In this document: positions 12,714 to 25,500 of the stretch, in pieces | Numbering within the stretch: position 1 is the stretch's first letter | Layout: every line of letters begins with the position of its first letter | From: Bigelowiella natans CCMP2755 | Taxonomy: Eukaryota; Protista; Cercozoa | Direction of reading: 5' to 3' | Assembly: GCA_000320545.1 (NCBI GenBank) | Contig: ADNK01003400.1 | Span: 1-40,429 of the forward strand | Length of the DNA: 40,429 bases | Notes under the pieces: model-generated | Told to the model about the DNA's origin: nothing | What the model saw: only the letters and a program-made list of their open reading frames with translations | Databases searched by the model: none | Made by a program: the position numbers and the translations under genes

Positions 12714-14463
12714 ATAAATTCTAAAAATGTTGTCGCGCGATATAAACGCAATCCATTTATTTGATCGGCTCCCGACAGTAGAGAAGGATTGCATCGAGGA
12801 AGAGCGTAACTGGAAGCGATACACATGTGAAGGCCATAACTCAAAAAGAAACATGAACGAACACTACAACCTGAAGAGAAAGATTGGGGCCGGAGCAAGA
12901 AGGACTGGGCGAGCAAACACTAAAGTTCAACGTGTCCTTATTTCGAAGAAAAGCGGGGGGGGGGTAGTGGGAAAGGGGGAAGCGAAACAGCAGTCGATGA
13001 GGCAGATGCGATCGCTTGTAGTGTGCCCAAAGTATCATCTCGACGACAGAAGATGCGAAGAGGAGAACCAAGCGAACTACGCAGATGATGGGCCGGTAGT
13101 GGACAAAACCTCGATCCATTTCAAGCGGCATGCGAAGTCCAAGAAGACACCAACCGCTTTCATGGAGGAACTTCAAAAGGCTGCTGTTATCGTTGATCCA
13201 CGGCCAAATCTCTCAGCAGATGAAACAGCCACATTGGTGTTGTGGAACTCACAGCTTCCGCATTGCAATGGAGAATATGGACCGATGATGAGCGAAAGGT
13301 GGAAGCAGGGCGGTTGTAGACAGCCACCGTTTGCTACAGAGCTGGAGAGTTCCGAGCACTTCCCTGTTGCTTCTGTTGATAAGTGGAAGAGTCAGTTCTT
13401 CGCTAATGGCTATGTAGTTTTAGAACTAGGTTTATCAAAGGCTGGACGTGACGAGATACTTGATGATCTTCTCGAAGCTATCCAAAGGATGCAGAGGGAT
13501 CCGAAGGACAAGCCCAAGACACTGAGAGAGGTGACGGAGGCGATCTTACCGCTCTTCCCTGGGAAAGGACTGCGCGTCTTTCATGGGCTTCCAAACACCC
13601 CATTTGCCGATAAAATGCGGCTCTTAGCGAAACCTACATTCAAGCATTTGTTCGAAACGGCCAATCTGACCTGCAGCCTAGATTCTGTTGCTATCAGCGC
13701 CCCGCCGAAATGGGGTGGGTCGCTGAAGAAAGGATGCACAGTTAAGAACGACAACTGGTTGCACATCGATCAGGATCCTAGTAGCTCAGAGCTAATTGTC
13801 CAGGGAACGGTGTATCTGCATGGGGGAAGAATAAAGGAGTGGAAGAGAGTCGCTGTACATACGTGCTGGCTGCCGACATCTAGAAGATTTAAAAGCACCT
13901 GTGGAAGGATTACAGCAGTTGTGACTAACAAAACAGGTCCCATCCCTCGTAAGGTGAAGAGCGTCGAAATTAAGCTTAGCAATGGGGAGATGAAGAGAGT
14001 ATCCCGAGACCACTTGCGCCGACTCAAAGCCCTTGAGACTGATGACGCCGAAGAAAAAGATTTTGTGAAACCGAAGAAAATGACCGACGGCCTTGAGGAA
14101 GTAGGGCCGTATGTAGTAGGGGAGAATTGCATTCGTCCTGAGGTAGGAATGCGGGTACGAATGATTTCGACGTACGAGCTGATGGAACAGATTCGTACTC
14201 GACGTGAGGCATCAAGCCATCTTGCGACATTCCCAAAACCGTTGTGGGATGCTCCAGTTACTGCGTACGCTAGATTTCGCAGGATGCGCACGAATCTGTG
14301 CACGTATAGGCCTCAAAGTGAGAGAGAAAAGGCAGAGGAACTAAAGAGATTTCGTGCGCTTGTTCCCCCTGAAGACTAGACTTGTAGACGCTTAAAGGAC
14401 ACACATGTAAGCTGCTAATTGAACTGTGATTTATGTATTTCCGGCTAAAAAAGAACATTTTTT
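12714..14463 (+). repeat. Inverted repeat arm A (~1.75 kb; partner 26755-28504)
   Basis: Identity begins at ATAAATTCTAAAAATG (12714) and runs to the AAAGAACATTTTT tract before a (TG)n. About a dozen substitutions and a few indels were seen. Confidence 0.95.
12727..14379 (+). CDS. Intronless 550-aa protein with a PhyH-like 2OG-Fe(II) dioxygenase-related region (intact copy)
   Basis: Long uninterrupted ORF. Motifs QFFANGYVVL, LTCSLDSVAISAPP, WLHIDQ (HxD), VQGTVYL, RVAVHTCWLP and ASSHL resemble eukaryotic/NCLDV PhyH-related proteins. The true start may be a downstream Met. Confidence 0.7.
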   Translation: MLSRDINAIHLFDRLPTVEKDCIEEERNWKRYTCEGHNSKRNMNEHYNLKRKIGAGARRTGRANTKVQRVLISKKSGGGVVGKGEAKQQSMRQMRSLVVCPKYHLDDRRCEEENQANYADDGPVVDKTSIHFKRHAKSKKTPTAFMEELQKAAVIVDPRPNLSADETATLVLWNSQLPHCNGEYGPMMSERWKQGGCRQPPFATELESSEHFPVASVDKWKSQFFANGYVVLELGLSKAGRDEILDDLLEAIQRMQRDPKDKPKTLREVTEAILPLFPGKGLRVFHGLPNTPFADKMRLLAKPTFKHLFETANLTCSLDSVAISAPPKWGGSLKKGCTVKNDNWLHIDQDPSSSELIVQGTVYLHGGRIKEWKRVAVHTCWLPTSRRFKSTCGRITAVVTNKTGPIPRKVKSVEIKLSNGEMKRVSRDHLRRLKALETDDAEEKDFVKPKKMTDGLEEVGPYVVGENCIRPEVGMRVRMISTYELMEQIRTRREASSHLATFPKPLWDAPVTAYARFRRMRTNLCTYRPQSEREKAEELKRFRALVPPED

Positions 14464-14475
14464 AATGGTGATATG

Positions 14476-14512
<37 letters not shown>

Positions 14513-14699
14513 TACGCGCGCGCGCTCACGTCACAATATTCAACTTCAGGCAATTATCAATGGGGACCGAAGTGCACCTATCACCAATCATTTTTCATTG
14601 TTGCATGCTTATGGGGTCGCACTGCTAGCCAGATCTAAATACATTAGTTTTTATTCAATTGTAGCTTTGCAAGTATTTCGAAGAAACGAAGCTTTCTAT

Positions 14700-16040
14700 A
14701 GCCGCATGCATGCGCCATTGCACAAGAACTATACTAGCATGCACCACAGATGTTCATGCCTTCGATCTTCAAATGGAAATCGTGTCATCCGCAGCAGCGC
14801 GCAGAAGCCACAACTTTGCATGTGCGCACGTTTTGCAGCAAAATGAGGGAGATGTGCTTCATTCAATATGGCCTTCACATGGCTCTATTCGGCGCACCCT
14901 GTCTAGGATGTTTGTTCATTGGACATTTCATGTGTGCTGAAGAACATGCGGGCTCTGCAGTGCACACATGGCTGTGGCCATGCTAGCATGCTATGAACAT
15001 GTGACTTGTGTATATACACAAGTAATTATTGCATCGCTTTTGCGACGTAATAATTACTTGTGTATATACACAAGTATGTGTGTGCCAACCACACGTGTTC
15101 GCACGCGGCTACACGAAGAACATGCAGATTTACATGGATGCAGTCTAGCTTCGCATTGTGTGTTTCATATGCATGCATTTGAAAGAGTTGGCACTCTATC
15201 GTCAACAATGTCGTGCAGTGCGCCACGTGGCCCGCTGGCCCACACCAGCACACACGTCTAGCACGTGTCTAGCTAGCTAGGTATGGGTGTGTGCAATGTT
15301 TTGGAACAATGAACAATGAATAATGCAACAAAGCATTGATGCAAATCCACATGCTCATGAACCACACAGGAAACAGTGAACAATGCATGATGAACACTGA
15401 AGCATTGATGCAAATCTGCATGCGCAAATGCGCAGCTTGACATGGATGCACTCTTTGCATTGCATGTGTGTTTCATGCATGTATTTGAAAGAATCGGTAC
15501 CCTGTTGTCGTCAATGTCGTGCAGTGCGCTACACAGCCCACACATGGAGTACCAACGCGGCATGCGCATGATTAATGCGTCGTGGCACAATGCGGAAGCT
15601 TGATGACAATGTGTACGTACGTACAGCTCCATCAAACACATCATCAGACGCATTCATGCAGCCTGCGTGTGGAACAGGAGCTTGCATTGTTCATGCGACA
15701 CCTTTTTGTTTCCGAGTGCTGCTCATCGAAAAAAGATCCTAGGGATTGTAATCCATGTTCTCGACCTCTTCTGGACAGTCAGGATCCGTGCACCCTCGCG
15801 CAATCGCAAGTTTAGATTGCGTTTCTGAAGCCCTGATTCGGACATCATAAACAAAGCAAAATTGTCACAAGACGCTGCATTGTAGTCTTAGCACCCATTT
15901 TACTCCTTAAAACACATGCCAAAAATCGATACATCGGAGAATGGGAAGTCCTTGGAAAATGACCTCAATCCCACCACACATCATCAATGAAGGAACATCA
16001 ATGACAGAACTGACAACAATATCGACAACAAGCACCTACC
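14700..16040. other. Partially TpA-depleted domain with internal degenerate duplications
   Basis: TGCA/CATG-rich. Contains the duplicated pair 15132-15226 / 15440-15532 and two copies of the AACAATG-repeat element. Confidence 0.65.
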
Positions 16041-16202
16041 CCGCGGTGTGATCTGCATACTCTGCATTTGTCAGTGTGGCCTCTTTTAAGACACAATTGT
16101 ATGAGGTAAGATGAACTGTGTATGGATCAGAGATTTTCATCTGCACACACACACACACACACACACGCGCGCGCACTCTACAGATACACATGTAAGCAAG
16201 CA

Positions 16203-16237
<35 letters not shown>

Positions 16238-16499
16238 CAAAACTTTTATAATTTCTTCCTCTCCCTCCCCCCCCCCCCTCCCCCCCCCTCTCTCTCTTTC
16301 TTCCCCTACTATCTTCTTTTCTCTATTTATTCTCTATCACGTTGACTCTCGCGCCGCTCACGTGTAAGTCTAGTAAGTACCGTCAGTTGCAAGGTTGTCA
16401 CCCCCCTCGATGAATTGATCGTAATAATCAATACTGCGTCGCTGATGGTACACGCAATTTTTCAACGACGTATTAATAAAGATCTTGACATTATATGGG

Positions 16500-17022
16500 T
16501 GGGAGAATTTTAAGTGACGTCTTGATTGACCGACGATTTTCTACGAGGAATGGGTTGGTCTAGTTTAAGGAAAAAGGATGGATGGAGAAGATTTGTCTAC
16601 TCAATCATCACTTGGACTTCAAAGGAACAATTTGTTCCTAATAAACACATGAAAAATACACCCACCCCTAACCCCCCCCCCCCCTACACACACACCGACA
16701 TGTATGTATGGCACGTTGTGCAACCTTTTTTGGACGCGGTTTGCCTGGTACTCCCTTTCTTCCAAAGTAGTATATCTTCCCCGGAGGGCTGCCTGTTGTA
16801 TCGTTCCTGGCAGAAAGACACACCATTATCAAGATCATCGTAAAGACGAATGAAAGCGAAACAGATATGCACATGCTGTCTTCTATCCAAGTTTGCAAGT
16901 TGGAGAACGCTCATCAACAGGAAAAGACATGGTAGTCATCGTTTTTGTCACTCACTCAAATTCTCCCTCAATCACAGATTGGTCAAATACCTCATGAAAC
17001 ATGAAGGCTTGCCTTGTTTTTT

Positions 17023-17060
<38 letters not shown>

Positions 17061-17174
17061 AAAGCAACAGCAGTTTTGTGCTGGCTGCTGCAACGCTGCT
17101 CTCTACTACCTTAGACGATTTCCAGTGCCATCCAATGATGCCTTTGATGGAGGAGAAGCCGTGCTCCACTAATT

Positions 17175-17209
<35 letters not shown>

Positions 17210-17707
17210 CAGGGGAGAATGAGTGAGCGTAAATGGAAAAATCAAGAGAATCGACGAGACAATTACGATAATTATCACGGCCAGCACGGAAATCTCAAGA
17301 TTCGAGAAAACGTGGGAAAAACAAGGGCGGGGGAGGGGGGAGAGTGTTGGACAGGTGGGTGCTGCATTGGGGATGGCTAGCACCAAGAACAAGCCCAAAA
17401 CAGAAAAAATCAAGAGATCTCGTGGATCTTCAGGCATTGTTTGGCGAATTCAGCCAAACAACAAATACTTTAAACATCGCAGCTGAAGATGGTAGAAGGT
17501 GTATGATGCTCTTTGCGCCCCCCCCCCTCTCCTCCACTATCTATTTGGCTATCCATGGCACCCATCCTTCATCTTGCTTCTTCTGTTAAAGGTTGTACTA
17601 CTTTATATCTTTTTAGGTTAAAATATTTACGTTATGCATAATGGAGCGTAATGCTGATCTCTCACTCTCTCTCTCTCTCTCTCACTCTCTCTCTCTCTCT
17701 CCGATAT

Positions 17708-17750
<43 letters not shown>

Positions 17751-18479
17751 ATTTGGATTCGCAATCCATTCTATCTTTTCTGTGTGAGGAATCAAGTGAT
17801 TAGACGTTCCCTCGTTCGCCCCCCCCATAGAAGCAGTGCTTTCGGCAAGAGCTTTCTTGAGAAGATCAGCTGCCGCAGCGTCGAGCGAGGGATCGCCCTC
17901 TGTAACATTTGAGGAGGAGGAGGAGGAGGAGGAGGAGGAGGAGGAGGAAGAGGAAGAGGATACAGCTGAGGCGGTCTTATTGGAAGCGGAAGATTTAGTT
18001 TTTGCCGCGATCTTCTTTGAAGTTGAAGATTTTGAGGAGGAAGAGGAGGAGGAGGAAGAAGCTCCTTTGCCTCCCCCAGCACCCCTAGAGATCTTCGACG
18101 TTGAAGATTTTGAGGGAGGGGAGGAGGAAGAGGAGGAAGAGGAGGATGAGGAGGAGGAGGATGGTCCTCCGGCACCAGGGATGGAAAACACCTCCTTCTC
18201 GAGCCCCCCTGCACGCGCGGTAGCACTTTTTGGTACCGATGCAGAGGAAGATGGCGACGATGGGGAGGAGGAGGATCCTCCTCCTCCTCCTTTTCCTCCT
18301 CCTCCTCCGTTCGAAGCACTGCCGGATAAAGCCCTATCGATAAGCTTTGCTGCCGCTGCAGCAAGCGCTGGAAATCCTGTTCATAAGGATTTGCGGTATG
18401 GGGAAGAGGAATAGGGGCGGCGGGGGGGGGGGTTGTTGGGCGTTGATGAATTTCTTTTTATTATTGTACACAGCCCCAC

Positions 18480-18517
<38 letters not shown>

Positions 18518-18657
18518 CATATATGTTCGAATATTATGCCACAAACCAGAATTTGCCGCAAGTTCGTGTATCTTCGCCAGTAGCATTTGGGTCTGTCTTG
18601 CTTCAGAGTTTGCTTTGCTACCACTTGAACTCTCAACGGCCTTCGATGTCGCACACA

Positions 18658-18694
<37 letters not shown>

Positions 18695-18703
18695 AAACAC
18701 ATC

Positions 18704-18749
<46 letters not shown>

Positions 18750-20186
18750 ATAGTATACATTAATTTGAATGTTGTGTATTTGAACCCCTTCCCCCCCCTC
18801 GCCCCTCCAAAAAAGCAGCCGATGTCTCGACGCGGGCAGTTCCTGCCCCAAGCTCTTGTCACTTACTGTGTGATGAGGGTCGGATTCTCTTGCGGCGATG
18901 GAGGAGGACGATAGGGCAAGAAGTTGTTGGACTGAATTCAGTTTTTCTTTGGCCTCTTCCTTCTTTTCTCTCCCCGCCCTTCCTTGCCCTCTCCCTGAGG
19001 GCTCCTCCTCCTCCTCTTGCGTATGTCGATGATGGCGCTTCGGTTTAGATTCGTCTTTAAGCTTTCCTTCTTGCGCGTCGTTGCTGTTATGGTCGGTGCC
19101 TTTGCCAGATCTTCCTTCGTCTACGGTGGAGGATAAGCAAAAGCGAGCACGCGCACATCCAAATACAAAACATCATCACTCTGCTTTTGTCCATCATCCT
19201 AGTGACTACCCCTTGTGCTTTGTTCAATACCTGGCAGTTTCGCGGCCTTCTTCATCACCGGGGTGAGGGAGCTATGCGCAAGAGCTTTCTGATAGCGCCG
19301 GCCATTCTCATCATCCTTCTCGATCAGGTTCTTCCCGCTGATTTGTTTGCTTCTAAGCATCTCCTCGACAAGTTTAATGGCCTCCATCTTGATGTCTTCG
19401 TTCTCCACATCTGCCTGCTCTTTGGTCGGAGAGCCCCCTCCCCTCCCCATTCTCTCCTCCTCCTCCTCCCCCCCCTCCGTCATATCCTCTTCCTCACGGT
19501 GGAGGCTCTTGTGTAGTTGCTGCCTCAACCGTTCTAGAGCCGACACAACTATCACAAACAAGTAGGCCTCTTAACACGGCGCATGTGTACAACGGATGGG
19601 AACGAGAAGGTGCAGGCTGGGGGGGGGGGGAGAAGACAAAAATAAAGATGCCAAAGCGGTAATAAGAGCGCGCCAATATAGCTGAGGTTACTACTGTTGA
19701 TTCCTCGACTAGTTTCTTGGGGAAAATCAACTGATAGTCTCTACCTCGAGAGTGATGATGGGGTGGAGGTTGGCGTGCAGTGGAAGGTCTTCTCGAGCGA
19801 TGCCAATGACTGCCATCGTTCCACCTGTCCTCCTCCTCCTCCCCCTCATCCTCGTTATAGTAGTTATCACCACCTACGACTCGAAGGTATTGGTCAACCC
19901 TTTTGCGGCCTGGCGGGGGGAGGCCAAGCTCGTCATAAGGTGCTCGGATATTGATTCCGTCCTCTGGTATTCCGCGGCCATTTGTTGGATTATTCTCCTG
20001 CTCATTTGCGGTAGGGGCTCGAGCTCTGTTGGTCGTTTCTCGAAATCTCACGGAAGGAGCTACTTCCGAGAAAGTAGACTGTAAGTTGGTGGCAGCATTT
20101 TTGGTGGGGGGAGGGCGAAAGGAAGGGAGGAGGGAGGGAGGGAGAAGGGGGGTGGAGAATAAGCACCAATTGCTGTTGACCCAAAG

Positions 20187-20261
<75 letters not shown>

Positions 20262-20281
20262 CACAGTCACACAGACACAGA

Positions 20282-20334
<53 letters not shown>

Positions 20335-20941
20335 CATTAGTTTCTTCATTTAGAAGCCTGTCATGCGAGAGGCTCAGCTAAGTCTATTCTAAGGCATGCT
20401 CAAGAACAAACAGCTTACATTCATCATCGATGATGCAGATTCATTTTGCAAGAGGTTTATTTGCTCCAAAGTAGCCGCGTGAGTGTCGTCCTCGTTGAGT
20501 GAGACTAGCAAAATATGATAAGATTTAAGCATACGATGAAAGAGAGAACACAATAGGGCCAGGGATTGCTGTAGACGGTTTGACGTTTATGTAGCTTTTC
20601 CTTTTTTTTAATTCTTCCCTATCCCTGATTCATCAAATACTCACAAAAACGAGGAGCTGCTGCGTATTTAACATGCTAGATATCGATATCCGTCTCAGAG
20701 GGATAGATCTAGTCACCTGCAGAAGTGAGCAGATAGCACGAAAGTACAGACAGCAGGATCACCATCGAGCTACGACAAGAATGTATAAGCAGGGGAGGGT
20801 GGGCCTCCAATGCACGCTGTTCTTAGATCTCCAAGGTTGGTCGGCCCCTATTGGTCTGTGGGCATTCAAAATTTCAAAATTCTTACCTGGAGGGGAAAGT
20901 CTGGAAAGAGGCAGATTCCGCTGGTTTTTGAAAGACGACAT
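16500..20941 (-). CDS. Multi-exon gene of unknown function; Ser/Gly-rich low-complexity middle, possible C-terminal TM segments
   Basis: Minus-strand donors (gtaag at ~20886, ~20417, ~18866). Coding-like exons MSSFKNQRNLPLSRLSPP, SLNEDDTHAATLEQ, 19690-20110, 19230-19560 and 17760-18390, plus hydrophobic SMCISVSLSFVFTMILIMVCL. Exact exon chain and ends not resolved. Confidence 0.5.
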
Positions 20942-21226
20942 GAAATTCATATTTTTACGGATAAAATTGCCCTGTATTTCTCGTAAGACACCGATTTCGA
21001 AGGAGCAGGAGGCGGCTCTGGAAAGGCAGTCTGAGAGGGCGGCCAGATGAGTGAATTAGCGAATTCCGTTTATTATTTTCAGACGACAGGATCAAAACAT
21101 TAACTCATACTAAAAATACATCGTATTTTGTAATTTTATTACCGAGAAGTGATGTTCAATGAACATATTAATAAGACGGATGTTCTGTCATCTAAAATTT
21201 ATAAATCGGGGGTCCTTTCGGAAACA

Positions 21227-22449
21227 ATGGCGTCCGCTCCGGCGAGCCGTCTGGCCGCCGAGGAGAAACACAGGGCTGCCTCATCGGACCCGGCTCCTCT
21301 AATGTTCGCAGAACTTCTTCCGAACCTGCGGCAACTCGTCGTTGCGATCGCTCTACAGAAAGGAGGGAAGGTGGGTCATGCTGCTCTCGCCTGGTGTCAG
21401 CGTTAGTAGGGTTCTCGATGAAGGTTTTGTGGACTTTCCGTGGAGATCGCTGGCGTCCTTTTGCATCTTCTTTAACAAACTATACGCTGTATAATTGAGA
21501 GGGACGTTTCTAATTGGAATAGGTTCCAAAAATTCGTATGGTTGGAAATGCGCTGACGATAGCTTGGGAGGCAGCTGCAGCAGCGACGACTTTGAACTCG
21601 GCTGAGGGGGGAGAAGGCGGGTATACTTTTAAGCTAAATCTCGGATGTAAACTGGATGCTCGCAAGGTAGCATCGAATCCCCGCCCCCCCCTCCCCCTTC
21701 TACCCTCCTTCCTCCCCCCACCCACAGCAAAGACGTAGATTCTGCTCCAACGCACAATTTTCGGAAAAAACACTCTGCCCGCACATGCGCATATCAAATG
21801 ATTGGTTATAAATCGATGTCAATAAACAAGACCTCGGTCCGCGCTATAAGGGGGCAATCGCTCGTATATGTCAAGATACCGTTGGAAAGAAATGCGATGC
21901 TGCCGTCGCCCATGCGCGTGCCCTACTCCTGGGAACTTGATCCTAGCCAAGTGTCAACGCTATACTGTCGCACCTGTGGGAATCGATTATCGAGAAATAA
22001 ACCGCGGGAGATTCTGCCTTTGCCATCACCACACTGGATGGAGCTCACCGATCTGTGGTAGGCACTAGAATTGTGTTGGGGGCTTGTTGCGAACGTTGGC
22101 TTCCATCGTCGTCAGCGAGCTAGGCACTGCGTGCATACAACGAAATTTGCAGCTATCTCTCCTCTTTTTTTGTGAAAAGGATGAATTTTTTTAAAATTTT
22201 GATATGTATGCTGCTACCATGTAACTGCCGCTACTACCCGGATTCACTTTCGCTTGACGATGATGCGTGAAACAATTACTGACAGGTACTGCGCTGGGAG
22301 AGAGAGTAGCTCATTGCTAGCGAAGGTGGCTGAGGCCCCTCTCAAAGGTTGGTTGTTGTCGATTGAATCCGAATCTTACGTATCAATATCTGTCATGTTA
22401 ATTCATATAAATTCACGCGTATGTTTTATATATAAATAGTATTTATACA

Positions 22450-22497
<48 letters not shown>

Positions 22498-22872
22498 GAC
22501 TGCCTTTTTTCGTTGATTATACTTTGTATTGACTATTTTTCGACTTTCAATCAGCAACCCCTGGTAAGTGGCTCGTAGGAAGTATTGATATACTGATCCA
22601 CTCCGAAGGTAAGCGTGTGCTTCTTAATCAAAAAGCATTGTTTCCAGAAAGCCAGCCATCAACACGTTCCCTTGACCCTCCCCTCCCCCCCCCCCACCCA
22701 GACATCAACTCCCATAGCATTATTCGCCATATGCCAAAGAGGGGGAGAGACGAGGACGAAGTCTGGGCGCCAGTCACTTGCAGGAGGTTGGCAAGAGGAG
22801 AGAGCGAAGCTTGTCATCTTACGATGCATGCCTATAGCCTCCAAAGCGTTTGTATAAGTAATTGTTACTTGT

Positions 22873-22921
<49 letters not shown>

Positions 22922-24083
22922 TATGTGTGTATATTTATTTTTTAGATGCAGGGCACTGATTGGAAGCCAGCAGATCGTGGAAGAGCCCAGCAAGAGAAAG
23001 AAACAGCCCTCGCCTTCATCATCACAACTGCCCTCCTCATCGTGGCCGACGGGTACTATTTTTGCGTTATAGCGTCCTGTCTTCGGAACCGAGTTATGCC
23101 AAGGAATGCCCTGACATCTCACGAAAGAGCACTGAAAATATTCATTGAACCAACGTCCTTTTTTCCCCCATGATTCCTGATTAGATGTTTTGGCGTTTAA
23201 TATAGCGTTGGTGTTGTGTGCGCGCGCACTACCAGAATTGACCATTGCCTCATCAGTGATTGCCAATCCAGGACGCAGTAGCGATGACGATGCCTGGACC
23301 TCTTCAAACTTACGAATAGAGAAGAGCTGTATATCCACCGCAGGTCCTTCTCCCCCAGTCTCTTCGTATTCTCTTAAAAAGGCGCCTCGCCCTCTCGTAA
23401 GGCACATTCTACCCTCATCATCGAAGCTTTCACTAACCACCACCACCACCACCACCACCACCACCACCAGCAGCAGCAGCAGCAGCAAGATAGGTGGACT
23501 CGAGAAGCACGCAGACGCAACCACCACGAACAGCACCGTAACATCACTCGCATCCTGTACACCTGTCCTCCACTCGCAAACCAATGTTCCCGCCACCCTC
23601 GCATCCCCCCCCCCTCCCCTCCAAGACTCCCTAGACCTGACACTTCCGACGGTGGTGCCGGTAGTGCGACCGCACGGGGCTGTCAGGTCGCTCAATCGCT
23701 CGAAACTGCAACCTAAACCGCCTCAGGGCATTACCAAAAAGGGGGGGGGGGCTGAAAGTGCGCCCAAAACAACTCCTGATATCCTGCGAAGGGCGGAGTG
23801 TTGTCCCGGAAATCGATGCTTGTCACGGGCAAGAATGCGGTATGTTGTTGACCGAGACGAGGAGCAAGGAGAACGGAAGGGATCAAGGGGCTTGGAAATA
23901 CGCGACTATGCCAAGGCGAAGGTGGAGAACAACTGGCCGTGTTGGCTAGAGATATATGGGGAGTTGTGATGATGTGGTTAAGTGAAGGGGGCGGGAGAGG
24001 CGCGTGCGGCGGCGGGGGGGGGGGGGGCATGAGAGAATTGGATTTGGTTGGAACTGTGAGCGTGTGATTTAGCTCGATGTGTC

Positions 24084-24124
<41 letters not shown>

Positions 24125-24337
24125 ATAAAACATCGAATAGTCCCGACATTGACTAGCATTGCCTTTATTTTTAGACACGTGTGGTGGGCAATCCAGCCGC
24201 TTTGCCTTTGGCGACTATCATTGCAATGGAAGTCAGTGAGAGGCGATAGCGATGATATCAATATACTACGAAAATATAGTGTCAGATACGCTCGACTAAC
24301 ATGCGAAAATAGACTCACACACACACACACACACACG

Positions 24338-24393
<56 letters not shown>

Positions 24394-24799
24394 CGCGCGC
24401 CCTCGCAAATGCACACAGCGTCATCCAGAAGAGTGCATGCCTCGAATCTTTGCGTGGTGTATAGTGTTGGCGAAGTGTTGTAGAAGTATTTTGCACTTCG
24501 GGACAACGATGGCGGCGATGATAGCAATGATATGGTTTTTATCATCACAGAGGCTGACTCTGGGCTCTCGCACTTCGTCGTCTATTCACAAGCCGACGAC
24601 CATTGCTAGTGCCGCGACACGATTGCGGAGGGAAAATATAGGTGGACACGAATCGAAGGAGGCGTGCAATGGAAAGAACGCGTTTTCACGATATACCTTC
24701 GAGGCTGTTTTCGCTGAGCAGGTGTCTCGTTGCTGTCAATCCACCACAAAGTCCATCACATGAAACATACGTCTCCCCTACCGCTCGCACACGTGCACA

Positions 24800-24873
<74 letters not shown>

Positions 24874-25500
24874 GGGAGAGGGAGAGAAAGAGGGAGAGGG
24901 AGAGAAAGAGCGAGAGAGATTAAGACGCGTACATGTCTTATAGTATATGCATTATATGATACGTGTGTGTGTGTGTGTGAGTGTGTTATATGGCACACAA
25001 GTTGTTTTCCATTGCCCGCATTGGAACTCGCTCGCCACACCCATTTTTACCAAGCATTCCGCATAATGAATCAAATCGTAATACCACACTGAGCTCCTTG
25101 TCCCGTAACACAGCTCGCAGCGGCCTGCGACGCGCATAACTGTAGGATGTTCGTCGTGCAAAATCTCTCAGAAAGAAAGAACCTGCTTCTCACGGTCCTC
25201 TCCCACAAACACTACATCGCTATGTTCCATCATCGTCGCCGCGAAAAGGATGGGGGAGGGGCGAGCAGCAGCAGCAGCTCGCTTTTGCCAGCCATAAAAC
25301 TGACTTACGAGGTAGTTAGTAAGGAGAAGGTGCAAGATTGGGCGTCTACAAATCGCGCGGAGGTGTGGGTCGAGCCAACAAGCCACTGCGAGCAGCTAAT
25401 GAGCGTTCTCCAGGCATCTTCGGAATCGTTTCACCGAGTCGATAGTGGTGCACAGATGAGAGGCCACACAATAGCTTTCTTACATAGGCTGTCACTATGA
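21227..25500 (+). CDS. UBE3D: E3 ubiquitin ligase E3D / UBE2C-binding protein-like (HECT_2 family), multi-exon
   Basis: N-terminal LMFAELLPNLRQL; hallmark LYCRTCGNRL..REILPLPSPHWMELTDLW|YC; GKWLVG; VTCRR; C-terminal exon ..PAIKLTYEV..CEQLMSVLQASSESF..MRGHTIAFLHRLSL*. Confidence 0.8.

Noticed and set aside
13770-14303. Antisense ORFs of 177 aa and 174 aa (also 26917-27441)
   Set aside because: Shadows of the 550-aa ORF and its copy.
17836-18414. Poly-Glu 192-aa plus-strand ORF
   Set aside because: Antisense of the poly-Ser exon of the minus-strand gene, whose splice donors are on the minus strand.
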